Shown one piece after another: positions 16,212 to 24,254 of a stretch of 26,046 nucleotides of DNA. Source of the DNA: a virus (lineage: Duplodnaviria > Caudoviricetes); the IMG/VR virus record IMGVR_UViG_3300024518_001114, positions 1-26,046 of that record, one strand, 5' to 3'. The translations under genes and the position numbers were made by a program. The notes beneath the pieces are model-generated. The model ran no database searches. It saw nothing but the letters and a program-made list of their open reading frames with translations, and was not told where the DNA came from. Each line of letters begins with the position of its first letter. The stretch's first letter is position 1.

Positions 16212-16475
16212 TCATTTGCCATACTTTACCATATTATCTAAACAAGTTACTTCTTGTATTCCCCCGCACTTCCCTGCGTAATAATCTCTTGACCCGCAAT
16301 CTAACGACCTTAACTTACTCATTGTGTTCTTGGCGCATAAATTCATCTCTTCAACTAAATCACACCACTCCTGCGGGTTGCCCTTGAACCACTCCTGGAG
16401 ACGCTCCCTGCGGGCCTTGACCTCCTCCTCCTCCTTGTCCTTGTCCACCTGGCTGTAATACTCCTTGTCCCGCAT
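16212..16475 (-). CDS. Small helical head-module protein overlapping portal C-terminus
   Basis: 87 aa; AAGGAGGT RBS inside portal gene; DYYAGKCGGIQEV pattern typical of post-portal proteins. Confidence 0.7.
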   Translation of the reverse strand: MRDKEYYSQVDKDKEEEEVKARRERLQEWFKGNPQEWCDLVEEMNLCAKNTMSKLRSLDCGSRDYYAGKCGGIQEVTCLDNMVKYGK

Positions 16476-18606
16476 CTTGACCTCCTTGTTGAGGTTGCTG
16501 TGCCGTTGCTAATTGCTGTACTCTCTCTTGCTGCATCATCTTTACAGTTTCGTTTATATGCTGTATTACATTAACTTTTATCTCTTCCGGGATATTGGGG
16601 TCGCCTAATAATACTCTGTGCACTTTAATATGATTAAGATGGTCCTCACCTTCACCCGGAGTTCCAGTCTCTCCCTGCAAGAACCTAGCGTTCTCTTCTT
16701 CCGGCGTCCGTACATTATCCTGTGGAGCGTTAGGCAAGAAAGCACTTAACCCTACTTCGTCTAACTTATCAATTAACCATTTAGTTAAATTAAACAACGC
16801 TTTGATTCCTGGTTGCGTCTGCGGACTAAAGAACGGATTCTGTATCAATAACTGATACGTTCCTATCGCCTTGTTAATCTCTAAGCTCTTATTAACATTA
16901 AGTATATTACCCACCATCTCGAAATCAGGAAGTGAATTAAGTGAAAAATCGTCAAGAGTAATATTATTAAACCTAAATATATTATCTTGGTCTCCCGTTA
17001 TTCTCATAAACTTGTTGGGTGGCATATTGTCTTGATATAACAAAAACCACCTCTTCAGTATATCCTTAATAGTCTTATTCTTACGCTTGATGATAGCGTT
17101 CATCCTTACATTACCCTGCTGAACTACTATCTCCGTTTTCTTAGCCGGAGCATCTGGGTCAGTTCTTGAATCTATCCCCGCCTGAAAATCTGATATCCCA
17201 AACAATAACTGCGCCCATGTATTGATTATCTGTAACATCGTCTGTAGCGAAGCGTTAGGTGCCGGCCATTGGAATAGCTTGACTCCACTCGCATTAGAAG
17301 TAGGATACATAAATCCGTTCTGTAGCTTTATCTTCTCATCTCGCATATTACCTACCGGCTCAAAGAAACCTATCGGATTGTTAGAGTTTACTGTTGCTAA
17401 CACGAACTGATTATATAACGCATCGTAGCCCGTTTGTAAACTCTTCATAAACTCTACTATACCTAACGCCGCTCTACGCCCTTCATCATCAGGCATGAAA
17501 TAATCCATCCCTATTGGTCTCTGCTTCATTGGGAACTTGTTACGTCTTAACTGACACAATACATTAGACTCTATGTTTACTATAGCTATAAACTCATCTT
17601 CTAATTCTTCCATCTTAATCGTCTCTTGGTCGTCTGCGTCTGTCTTTATCATTCTGATACGAAGCCTACCGAAGAACGTTACAAACTGTTTCTCCCACTT
17701 ACCCGCTGGTATCGTATCGCCATCAAAGTCGAACATCTTTGTATCACTTGTCTGTTCGCTTCCCCAATCTTTAATCTCTTGAATAGTTCCAGGGTACATC
17801 TTGCCCGCTAACTGGTCTCTTAGATACTCGTCATACGTTAACCTGGTTCTCATCATCTCCCACTCTGGAGTCTTGCCCATTACTGCGTTCTTAGGCTGGT
17901 AATAGTCTTTCCTTGAGAACGGAACTAACTTAGGACCGTTATATATTAAAACCTCTTCCTCAACTTCTTGAAAGATTGGTTCTTTTGTCTCGATATCGTA
18001 CATCGGTTGGCTAGGGTCTGAGGGATTAGGAATTATCTTACGTTTAATCTGTGTACCATACTCTTTTACCCAATGCATTAAATACGGGGCTTCTCCGTTC
18101 TTTGTGGAGTTATGAAAAAGCCTGTCAATGTTTTCAAACATCTCTAGCTCTTCTCTCGCACTCCAATTCATAAATGTTGTGAGTTTATCGACCTTATCTA
18201 TATCACCTTCTTCGGTTGGCAACACTCTCCCTAAATCTTTAGGTGTGAAGAATACATTCATATAATTACTATGAACGACTTCAACCGATACCGTAGATAA
18301 AGGTGAACGATAATTAGGTAACTCTCCATCGCTTCCTTTAACCTCCGCACGTTGCATCCTGAACACTTCGTCGTTCTCATCCATCTTATCGCAGATATCG
18401 TTATGCTTAGTCTTAACATCGTTGAACCTATCAACTATATACTGTGCGATTCTTTCCCGTTCTAAGATGCTTAGATTCTCAACTAAGAAACCTTCGTTAC
18501 GTTTCTTGAGTTCTTTAAGATACTGCTTTTCATTATCTACTTCAATTTCTTTAATTATATCTTTATCGGGTGTGCGGTTGTTGGGACTGTCTTTAAACTC
18601 TGCCAC
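16360..18606 (-). CDS. Portal protein (podovirus-type)
   Basis: Start reassigned to GTG 18606 (AAGGAG RBS), 748 aa; helical, QLLFGISDFQAG, Gln/Gly tail; downstream of terminase. Confidence 0.8.
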   Translation of the reverse strand: MAEFKDSPNNRTPDKDIIKEIEVDNEKQYLKELKKRNEGFLVENLSILERERIAQYIVDRFNDVKTKHNDICDKMDENDEVFRMQRAEVKGSDGELPNYRSPLSTVSVEVVHSNYMNVFFTPKDLGRVLPTEEGDIDKVDKLTTFMNWSAREELEMFENIDRLFHNSTKNGEAPYLMHWVKEYGTQIKRKIIPNPSDPSQPMYDIETKEPIFQEVEEEVLIYNGPKLVPFSRKDYYQPKNAVMGKTPEWEMMRTRLTYDEYLRDQLAGKMYPGTIQEIKDWGSEQTSDTKMFDFDGDTIPAGKWEKQFVTFFGRLRIRMIKTDADDQETIKMEELEDEFIAIVNIESNVLCQLRRNKFPMKQRPIGMDYFMPDDEGRRAALGIVEFMKSLQTGYDALYNQFVLATVNSNNPIGFFEPVGNMRDEKIKLQNGFMYPTSNASGVKLFQWPAPNASLQTMLQIINTWAQLLFGISDFQAGIDSRTDPDAPAKKTEIVVQQGNVRMNAIIKRKNKTIKDILKRWFLLYQDNMPPNKFMRITGDQDNIFRFNNITLDDFSLNSLPDFEMVGNILNVNKSLEINKAIGTYQLLIQNPFFSPQTQPGIKALFNLTKWLIDKLDEVGLSAFLPNAPQDNVRTPEEENARFLQGETGTPGEGEDHLNHIKVHRVLLGDPNIPEEIKVNVIQHINETVKMMQQERVQQLATAQQPQQGGQDAGQGVLQPGGQGQGGGGGQGPQGASPGVVQGQPAGVV

Positions 18607-18608
18607 GT

Positions 18609-18851
18609 TTATCTCCTTCTTATATTCTTCATTACATTGTCTGGAATAACTATAGCGGGTTGACTCTCCATTTCTTTTTCTAGCTTCCTTAACGCCAATT
18701 CTTCTTGCCACTTAGATAGCGCTTCAATAAACGCATGGGAGATTAACGCCGCATTGAACGCTCCAAACGTTACAGCCATCTTGCCATCTACTAAGCTGAC
18801 TTTAAGTAAAATCTTTTCTTGCTTTAGTTTTCCGTTATCACTCATCGACAA
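18609..18851 (-). CDS. Hypothetical protein
   Basis: 80 aa; AGGAG RBS; fills gap between GroES-like gene and portal. Confidence 0.65.
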   Translation of the reverse strand: MSMSDNGKLKQEKILLKVSLVDGKMAVTFGAFNAALISHAFIEALSKWQEELALRKLEKEMESQPAIVIPDNVMKNIRRR

Positions 18852-19242
18852 CTCCTATAATATCACTCGTTGATACTAATGTTAAATTCCCGCCACCTTG
18901 ATTATCATGAAACGTAACACCTACATACTGGCTTATCATTACCCTGTCTCCAGGCTGTACCGACTTACGCTTTAAATACTCATTGAAGTTTATTACGGCT
19001 TTTAACGCTTCTGCATTACCCTCTTTAGCTTCTTTCGTAAGCGACGCAACGATACTCTCAGAGTTGTCTATCAAATGCTTATCACAGAACGAATGGTCCG
19101 ATACATATATTACATCTGCTAAATCTGTCTGCCTCTCTGCTGTTGTTTCTACTGCGATTATTAATCCTTCTTTACCGAGCTTATCACCCACTATCCTGCG
19201 TTTTACTAATATCCTGTCACCAAACGGTATTATCTTACTCAT
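18838..19242 (-). CDS. GroES/Cpn10-like co-chaperonin with internal insertion
   Basis: IIPFGDRILVKR, GLIIA mobile loop, VQPGDRVMISQYVG, SDIIGVV motifs; 134 aa versus about 95 aa typical. Confidence 0.85.
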   Translation of the reverse strand: MSKIIPFGDRILVKRRIVGDKLGKEGLIIAVETTAERQTDLADVIYVSDHSFCDKHLIDNSESIVASLTKEAKEGNAEALKAVINFNEYLKRKSVQPGDRVMISQYVGVTFHDNQGGGNLTLVSTSDIIGVVDE

Positions 19243-19268
19243 GTTTTACCTTTCTTTAAGGTTTCGTC

Positions 19269-19381
19269 TCGCTCTTAATCTTAAATATGTCTATAAACTG
19301 ATAATCTTCTAGTCCAAAGCGTAATCTGTCTAGCTTTCTCTACACTTTGTTCGACAACGCTTCGCTCTTAATCTTAAATAT
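19269..19381. repeat. Exact 20-bp direct repeat TCGCTCTTAATCTTAAATAT
   Basis: Copies at 19269-19288 and 19362-19381, 93 bp period. Confidence 0.9.
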
Positions 19382-19512
19382 AATAGCTTCTTACAATCTG
19401 GTCTCGGTACTTCATCTTCAAATATTCTGGGTCGTTCGTCTCTCAAGTTATATCCTTTAACTCCATGTGCCTTAATCCACTCAAGGCTTACTACATCACC
19501 GATGTGTTTCAA
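19330..19512 (-). CDS. Hypothetical protein
   Basis: 60 aa; TTG start overlapping terminase stop. Confidence 0.45.
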   Translation of the reverse strand: MKHIGDVVSLEWIKAHGVKGYNLRDERPRIFEDEVPRPDCKKLLYLRLRAKRCRTKCRES

Positions 19513-20909
19513 CGGTAGCTGTAGCCCCTCATGTCCCCGAACTTACTCATCCATATTGCGTACTCACTCATCATACAGCTATCAGCCGAATCAGGACTTG
19601 CTATCTGTCTTGCGTGTAAATCTTCTTTTGTCTCGATTCGTATTCTTCCCAATGGGTCACACGGCTTATAGTTTATACAACATAACTGATTTTTAAGTAT
19701 ATCATACTCTTTCTGCGGTAAGTTCTTGAAACTGATTAATCCCTTCTCAAGCTTCTTTGCGAGTATACAATAAAACTGTGTTCTTAGATTCTTGAACTTC
19801 TTATCTTCTAACGCTTTATATCCATGCCCACCGTGAAACGCTAAGAACGGGATATGTTTACGCTGCATATACTCATCTAATCCCTCACCCATACCATCCG
19901 AATCAAATATTATCGTATCGACTTTCTTCGTTCCGTAGTCTCTTGCTAACTTATCACCTGCCGCTAAAATACCTATATCCCTAATTGCTTGACATCTAAA
20001 GAATGTATTACCTGTACGCTCTGTGAATACTGTACTGTTCTTTCCATGCTTACTTGCTACGTCACACGCTTCAACTCTATGTGCGAACTCATCATGCTCT
20101 GGTTCCTTCAAACGTGCAGCCTCAACCCACTCACGCTTGATTACAGCGTCCTCAGAACTCTGTGGGAACTCTCCTAATATTCTAGCTTGATACTCTGGGC
20201 TCTTCTCGCCCCATTCGTCTTTACGTTCTTCTATCCACTCTCTCGTAATTAATCCAGGAATCTTACCGTGCTTCTCTTGCCACTCTACACACTCGTTACC
20301 ATCTATCTGTATACAATTCCATTGGTCGTTCTGAAAACAATTAAAGAAGTCTCCAACCGGGTCTAATGGATTTCCTATCGCTAACACTCTAAACGGTAAT
20401 AAACCTTCAATCGCTCGCCATATTATTGAATCTATTCCAAGAGCCTCATCCATTATTACTAACAAATGCGGAGACTTAAAACCTTGCATCCGATTCTCTT
20501 CGTTCGTGCTTATTCCTATCATCTGCCAAGGATGTCCGTCTGTTATTCCCATGTCTAACTCTGTTGATGTTAAATGCCCGTTGAATGGTATTCTAGACTT
20601 ATGATATAACGAATGTATCTCTTTCCACAAGATTTCTTCAACCTGTGTAAACGTTGGCGCAGTTGTTATCACCCTGCTCGGTCTAAACCTTAATAAGAAC
20701 AGTAATGCTATCTCGGCACTTATTCTACTCTTCCCACCTGAATTACACGACTTCACCGCTGTTTTCTTATGCTTCCATACTGACCGCATTATCTCTTCTT
20801 GCTTATCCCAATACTTACTGTCAAAGAGCCAGCGACCTAATTCTACCGGGTCGTCTTGCTTTTCTTTAAACTTATTCTGTAGTGCTGTAAATACTTCTTG
20901 GTCGTTCAT
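19509..20909 (-). CDS. terL: Terminase large subunit
   Basis: Walker A SCNSGGKS, Walker B LLVIMDEA, IGNP motif III, ARILGEF, nuclease ACDVA and SPDSADS. Confidence 0.92.
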   Translation of the reverse strand: MNDQEVFTALQNKFKEKQDDPVELGRWLFDSKYWDKQEEIMRSVWKHKKTAVKSCNSGGKSRISAEIALLFLLRFRPSRVITTAPTFTQVEEILWKEIHSLYHKSRIPFNGHLTSTELDMGITDGHPWQMIGISTNEENRMQGFKSPHLLVIMDEALGIDSIIWRAIEGLLPFRVLAIGNPLDPVGDFFNCFQNDQWNCIQIDGNECVEWQEKHGKIPGLITREWIEERKDEWGEKSPEYQARILGEFPQSSEDAVIKREWVEAARLKEPEHDEFAHRVEACDVASKHGKNSTVFTERTGNTFFRCQAIRDIGILAAGDKLARDYGTKKVDTIIFDSDGMGEGLDEYMQRKHIPFLAFHGGHGYKALEDKKFKNLRTQFYCILAKKLEKGLISFKNLPQKEYDILKNQLCCINYKPCDPLGRIRIETKEDLHARQIASPDSADSCMMSEYAIWMSKFGDMRGYSYR

Positions 20910-21268
20910 CAGTCTTTCTGATTAGTATTTCCCAATAACGCTTTTAAATCCATATCCGTTGAATGATGTATCTCTTGTTTATCTGTCCATCCAAAGTTCT
21001 TCATCCAAAATATAGCTCCCGAATGACCTTTATTTAGAGTCAATAACTCTACCTGAGCTATTACTTTATTCTTAATCTTTTTTATAGTGTTAGTAAATTC
21101 TGGGCGTTTTGCATATTCACATAACGTAACTCTATCAGTATCAAGAGCTAACGCCAATCCTGTAATAGTATAGAATTGTTTCTTTGCGTCACATTTCTTG
21201 AAATATGTGGTAGCTAAGTTCTCTATCTCTTCTGGTGTTTCGAATTTGAGTGGTCTACCTGCTGGCAT
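20909..21268 (-). CDS. terS: Terminase small subunit (P22 gp3-like DNA packaging protein)
   Basis: GRPLKFET, YTITGLALAL, GAIFWMKNFGWTDKQE; TGATG coupling to terL. Confidence 0.85.
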   Translation of the reverse strand: MPAGRPLKFETPEEIENLATTYFKKCDAKKQFYTITGLALALDTDRVTLCEYAKRPEFTNTIKKIKNKVIAQVELLTLNKGHSGAIFWMKNFGWTDKQEIHHSTDMDLKALLGNTNQKD

Positions 21269-21401
21269 TTATATCCTTTTGCTCTGCTAATCTTGCTGTG
21301 GCTTCATACCCACATTTATAAGTACAATATGCGAAGATTGTTTCTTCTCCGCACTCAGGACACTCATGCGTAATACTTTTTACCCAATCTTTATGCGTCA
21401 C
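21255..21401 (-). CDS. Small zinc-ribbon protein (48 aa)
   Basis: Not in track; GTG start directly after upstream stop; CPECG...CTYKCG. Confidence 0.55.
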   Translation of the reverse strand: MTHKDWVKSITHECPECGEETIFAYCTYKCGYEATARLAEQKDINASR

Positions 21402-21557
21402 TTAGGACAATCCATGTGATGTTAAATCCTTTAGTCTAAACTTCTTAAAATGCGCTTTAAGTTTCTTGCGTTGCTTCTGGGTTAGTTTTTCTTCGGGACT
21501 TAATGGTCTACTAAAGAATTTCCCGACTTGCTGGTTTATTTGTGGTGTTGGTTGCAT
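21402..21557 (-). CDS. Small basic hypothetical protein (51 aa)
   Basis: Not in track; MQPTPQINQQVGKFFSRPLSPEEKLTQKQRKKLK...; no clear RBS. Confidence 0.45.
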   Translation of the reverse strand: MQPTPQINQQVGKFFSRPLSPEEKLTQKQRKKLKAHFKKFRLKDLTSHGLS

Positions 21558-21562
21558 ATATT

Positions 21563-21630
21563 AAAAGCCCGATTGCCTAGTAAGAATCTCTTTTTTATCT
21601 GTCTGACTTGTAGATTCTGGAACCGGGCTT
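21563..21630 (-). terminator. Long interrupted hairpin followed by short U run
   Basis: Minus strand AAGCCCGGTT/AATCGGGCTT outer stem, AGAATCT/AGATTCT inner stem. Confidence 0.55.
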
Positions 21631-21651
21631 AAATTACCCTCTATATAATAT

Positions 21652-21679
21652 ACTATACATATAAAAGCGGATTTGTAAA
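21652..21679 (-). promoter_or_regulatory. Putative sigma70-like promoter for packaging/late genes
   Basis: TTTACA-N16-TATAGT on minus strand in the only sizeable AT-rich gap upstream of terS. Confidence 0.5.
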
Positions 21680-21682
21680 CAA

Positions 21683-21931
21683 TTATTTTTTCTTTTTTCT
21701 AAATCTTATTCTTTTCCCTCTGAGTTTTATTCTTTTAACAATAAATTCACCCCATTTAAGCTTTGGAAGTTTGTTTAGCGGGAGTTGTTTTAATACTTCG
21801 CCACTCTTAATATCTTGAATTTCTTTTTTAAGGTGAGCGATACTCTTTAAAGCTTTTGCGTCTATAGCAGGTTGCTTTCTTATGAACTCATACTTTGCAT
21901 CTAGTTTCTTGTAATACTCTTCAGGCGTCAT
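21683..21931 (-). CDS. Basic hypothetical protein
   Basis: Start probably ATG 21931 (ATGA overlap), 82 aa. Confidence 0.6.
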   Translation of the reverse strand: MTPEEYYKKLDAKYEFIRKQPAIDAKALKSIAHLKKEIQDIKSGEVLKQLPLNKLPKLKWGEFIVKRIKLRGKRIRFRKKKK

Positions 21932-22083
21932 TTTATTTGTAAACACCTTGTGTCTATATTAAACTCTTGCTTTAAGTACTCCGTTACTAACGCTGGGCAG
22001 TTAAACCCTAACCCTCCAGCGTCAAACTCTATTTGTTCAGTTATTTCTTTCCGATTAACATTATCTTTAATCTCAACTCTCAT
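21928..22083 (-). CDS. Hypothetical protein (51 aa)
   Basis: Not in track; MRVEIKDNVNRKEITEQIEFDAGG...; coupled at both ends (TAATG, ATGA). Confidence 0.6.
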   Translation of the reverse strand: MRVEIKDNVNRKEITEQIEFDAGGLGFNCPALVTEYLKQEFNIDTRCLQIK

Positions 22084-22313
22084 TATCTTATCTCCAATTG
22101 ATGGTCAGGCACTAGCTTAATTGTCCTATCTTCGTCGCCTATTCCACAAATATAGTTATCGCACCAGACGAACTCCATCCCCTTTATCCCCAACTCCTTA
22201 CTCATAGACGTTTCAATCTTACACAAAGATGCAAAGTATTTGTCTGTACATTGTTCCTTCTGTTTCCAATAAGGCTTTAATCTATCAATCTGGGTTCTAG
22301 TTAATCGTTTCAC
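22083..22313 (-). CDS. Hypothetical protein
   Basis: Start probably GTG 22313 (GAGGAG RBS), 76 aa. Confidence 0.6.
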   Translation of the reverse strand: MKRLTRTQIDRLKPYWKQKEQCTDKYFASLCKIETSMSKELGIKGMEFVWCDNYICGIGDEDRTIKLVPDHQLEIR

Positions 22314-22471
22314 TATCTCAACTCCTCTTCTAGACAATCATTAATGTTGTCTGGATGAAACCCAATCCCCATCAAGGCTTGTTTGACTAGTTGAAAAGCC
22401 TGAGTAATATCAACTATATCATTATCTTCAACCGTTGCCTTTGTGCCTTCATGTTCTATTGTTATTTTCAT
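22313..22471 (-). CDS. Hypothetical protein (52 aa)
   Basis: Not in track; MKITIEHEGTKATVED...ALMGIGFHPDNI; AGGAG RBS. Confidence 0.65.
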   Translation of the reverse strand: MKITIEHEGTKATVEDNDIVDITQAFQLVKQALMGIGFHPDNINDCLEEELR

Positions 22472-22886
22472 TTCTCTCCTTCATACATGTTTTACACAGA
22501 GTAGAAATCCAGCCTTTAGTCTGTGTTACATCTTTAGTTGAACCACATTCCTCACAAATACTATTGCTCATAAACTCAGCCAAAGTAACCATTCCCCTTT
22601 GTGTTCCACACTTATTAGCCAAATCTTTACCTTCTTTTGTTCCTGATATGATATAATACCAGCGTAACCCCCCAAACTTCTCTTTAACTTGCGTAGCTTC
22701 AATCTGAGGGAAGCCGTTATGGTCTATGTCCCATTGAAGACTGGAACAAAGATTGTCTATAAGCCAATACCAACCATCTCCCGTGTCTATTCCCCAACAC
22801 ATACAGGTTTCTTGAGGGCTTAATCCTTTTTGCCTGAATATCTTGGGATACTTTTTAAGTAATTTCTTTTCTAGCTTGGCTTTCAT
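22449..22886 (-). CDS. Conserved phage protein with C-terminal zinc finger
   Basis: GWYWLI...QVKEKFGGLRWY...ICEECG...GWISTLCKTC. Confidence 0.75.
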   Translation of the reverse strand: MKAKLEKKLLKKYPKIFRQKGLSPQETCMCWGIDTGDGWYWLIDNLCSSLQWDIDHNGFPQIEATQVKEKFGGLRWYYIISGTKEGKDLANKCGTQRGMVTLAEFMSNSICEECGSTKDVTQTKGWISTLCKTCMKERNENNNRT

Positions 22887-23155
22887 TCGCTCAACTCCTT
22901 TTTCAATTCGGTGAGGCGTTCAAGTAATTCAATAATAGTAATCCTAGTGCTACTCCCAGATAAATCATTTGCCCATTTAGATATTTCCTTAATCTTCCCC
23001 TCTATGATTAGCTTGCGGACATAACGAGCAACTTCTATTGCTAGTCCGCCCCCTGATACCATGCAGACCTTATGTTGTACTTCTGGGTTATATTTCTCAT
23101 ATTTCCAGAAAACATCTTGTTCTAATTCCTTCGCCAGTTCCTCTATGCTTTTCAT
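22883..23155 (-). CDS. Hypothetical protein
   Basis: 90 aa; AAGGAG RBS. Confidence 0.65.
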   Translation of the reverse strand: MKSIEELAKELEQDVFWKYEKYNPEVQHKVCMVSGGGLAIEVARYVRKLIIEGKIKEISKWANDLSGSSTRITIIELLERLTELKKELSE

Positions 23156-23168
23156 CTTCTCTCCTTTG

Positions 23169-23266
23169 TCTTGGGTGGCTGACTATCCGAAACTATTACG
23201 GATAATTTCTTTGTCATTTAACGCAATCCTGCTCCGCACTCAGGGGAAAGACGCACCACCTAAAAC
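23169..23266 (-). ncRNA. Candidate structured RNA element C
   Basis: Closing stem GTTTTAGGTGGT/GCCACCCAAGAC; internal hairpins CCTG/CAGG and ATTATCCG/CGGATAGT. Confidence 0.3.
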
Positions 23267-23397
23267 CATTCATCATCAACAAAACCATAATAGTTAGCCA
23301 TTATTTGGTCGTATATACATTTGAATGTTTCAATGCCAATATCTTCTCTGTTAGCAAATTCGCATATTAAATCTTCGGCTATAAATAAAGCACTCAT
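23260..23397 (-). CDS. Small acidic protein (45 aa)
   Basis: Not in track; MSALFIAEDLICEFANREDIGIETFKCIYDQIMANYYGFVDDEWF; AAGGAG RBS. Confidence 0.55.
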   Translation of the reverse strand: MSALFIAEDLICEFANREDIGIETFKCIYDQIMANYYGFVDDEWF

Positions 23398-23413
23398 CTT
23401 CTCTCCTTTGCTC

Positions 23414-23506
23414 TGGTCAGGGGGGTTGGATTTTCACCAACATTATATATCGTTTACTAGCCAATATTTTGTTCTAGAATTAATATTGGTGTTCCACTAC
23501 CCCCCG
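23414..23506 (-). ncRNA. tRNA-like element B (non-canonical or degenerate tRNA)
   Basis: 7-bp acceptor CGGGGGG/CCCCCTG + A + CCA; T arm GTTGG-TGAAAAT-CCAAC; U8A9; minimal D arm GTG-GAA-CAC; stem CAATATT/AATATTG with 13-nt loop. Confidence 0.5.
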
Positions 23507-23516
23507 TTATTCTTTG

Positions 23517-23643
23517 CTCTGGGTGGCTAGGCAGTTGGCTGCAATACATAACTCAAGTTGGTGCTGTATAGTCGTCACATCAAGCACGATTTAACTTTCC
23601 GCTTTTTAGCATCAGGCTACCACGCCACTAGCCACACCAAGAG
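23517..23643 (-). ncRNA. Candidate structured RNA element A
   Basis: Closing stem CTCTTGGTGTGGCTAG/CTAGCCACCCAGAG; internal GTGCT/AGCAC stem; GC-rich in an ORF-free gap. Confidence 0.35.
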
Positions 23644-23717
23644 TTATCCATTCTTTATTAAAAATTCTGACCACCAAAAGCTAAATGGTTCAATGTACAC
23701 TACAAGTCCTACATACT

Positions 23718-24053
23718 TCATTCTATTACCTCCCTGACTTGTTTAATTGTGTCATTAACATCATAAGAACCACAACTACAATACTTTTCTTTAGATGGAT
23801 TATTAAAATATCTTGGCTCTCTTACATATAGACAAGTTACCGAATGTTCTAATTCTTCAGGCAACCTACTCAACAACTCTTTGCGTATGGCTTTGGCAAG
23901 TGTTTCTTCAAACTCTAAACTTGAATCATGTTCTCTCTTAGAGTGTATTATCTCAACCAACCAATCCTTCTCCGAACAAACAATGCAAACACCACCAATA
24001 AACTGGTGGTTACAATCTGGTTCTATCCTATGCCCATCTTGTGAATAAGTCAT
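23718..24053 (-). CDS. Cys/His-rich hypothetical protein
   Basis: 111 aa; CNH...CIVC and HSVTC...CSCG clusters; TAATG coupling. Confidence 0.65.
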   Translation of the reverse strand: MTYSQDGHRIEPDCNHQFIGGVCIVCSEKDWLVEIIHSKREHDSSLEFEETLAKAIRKELLSRLPEELEHSVTCLYVREPRYFNNPSKEKYCSCGSYDVNDTIKQVREVIE

Positions 24054-24223
24054 TATTCTATTTCCTTTAGAAATGCTTCGGTTATATTATCTTCTTGATT
24101 AAAAATACACTTGCAATCAAAAACATAGTTTTCTAAAAACTGTCCTAATCTTTGGTCGGGGACTAAACTCCATTTCTTTTCTATTAATTTACAAATTCTC
24201 TTTATTCTCTTAGGGTCTCTCAT
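24053..24223 (-). CDS. Small phage protein, YihD/DUF1040-like (56 aa)
   Basis: Not in track; MRDPKRIKRI...W...PDQRLGQFL; AAGGAGG RBS. Confidence 0.65.
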   Translation of the reverse strand: MRDPKRIKRICKLIEKKWSLVPDQRLGQFLENYVFDCKCIFNQEDNITEAFLKEIE

Positions 24224-24254
24224 ATTGCCTCCTTAATAATATTAATTTAATATC

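Noticed and set aside
18607-18711. N-terminal 35-aa extension of the portal ORF given in the track
   Set aside because: Overlaps the 80-aa gene; GTG at 18606 has a good AAGGAG RBS
21347-23244. 13-bp match CTCCGCACTCAGG at 21347 and 23232
   Set aside because: A single distant 13-mer match can arise by chance in 26 kb; no supporting context
19246-23506. Amber stop-codon reassignment, suggested by the CTA in the tRNA-like loop and in-frame TAGs after 19330
   Set aside because: All large genes are intact in the standard bacterial code, several genes end plausibly at TAG, and the loop is not a canonical 7-nt anticodon loop
23594-23616. Hammerhead-like CTGATG...GAAA in element A
   Set aside because: Core reads CUGAUGC rather than CUGANGA and the flanking stems do not fit
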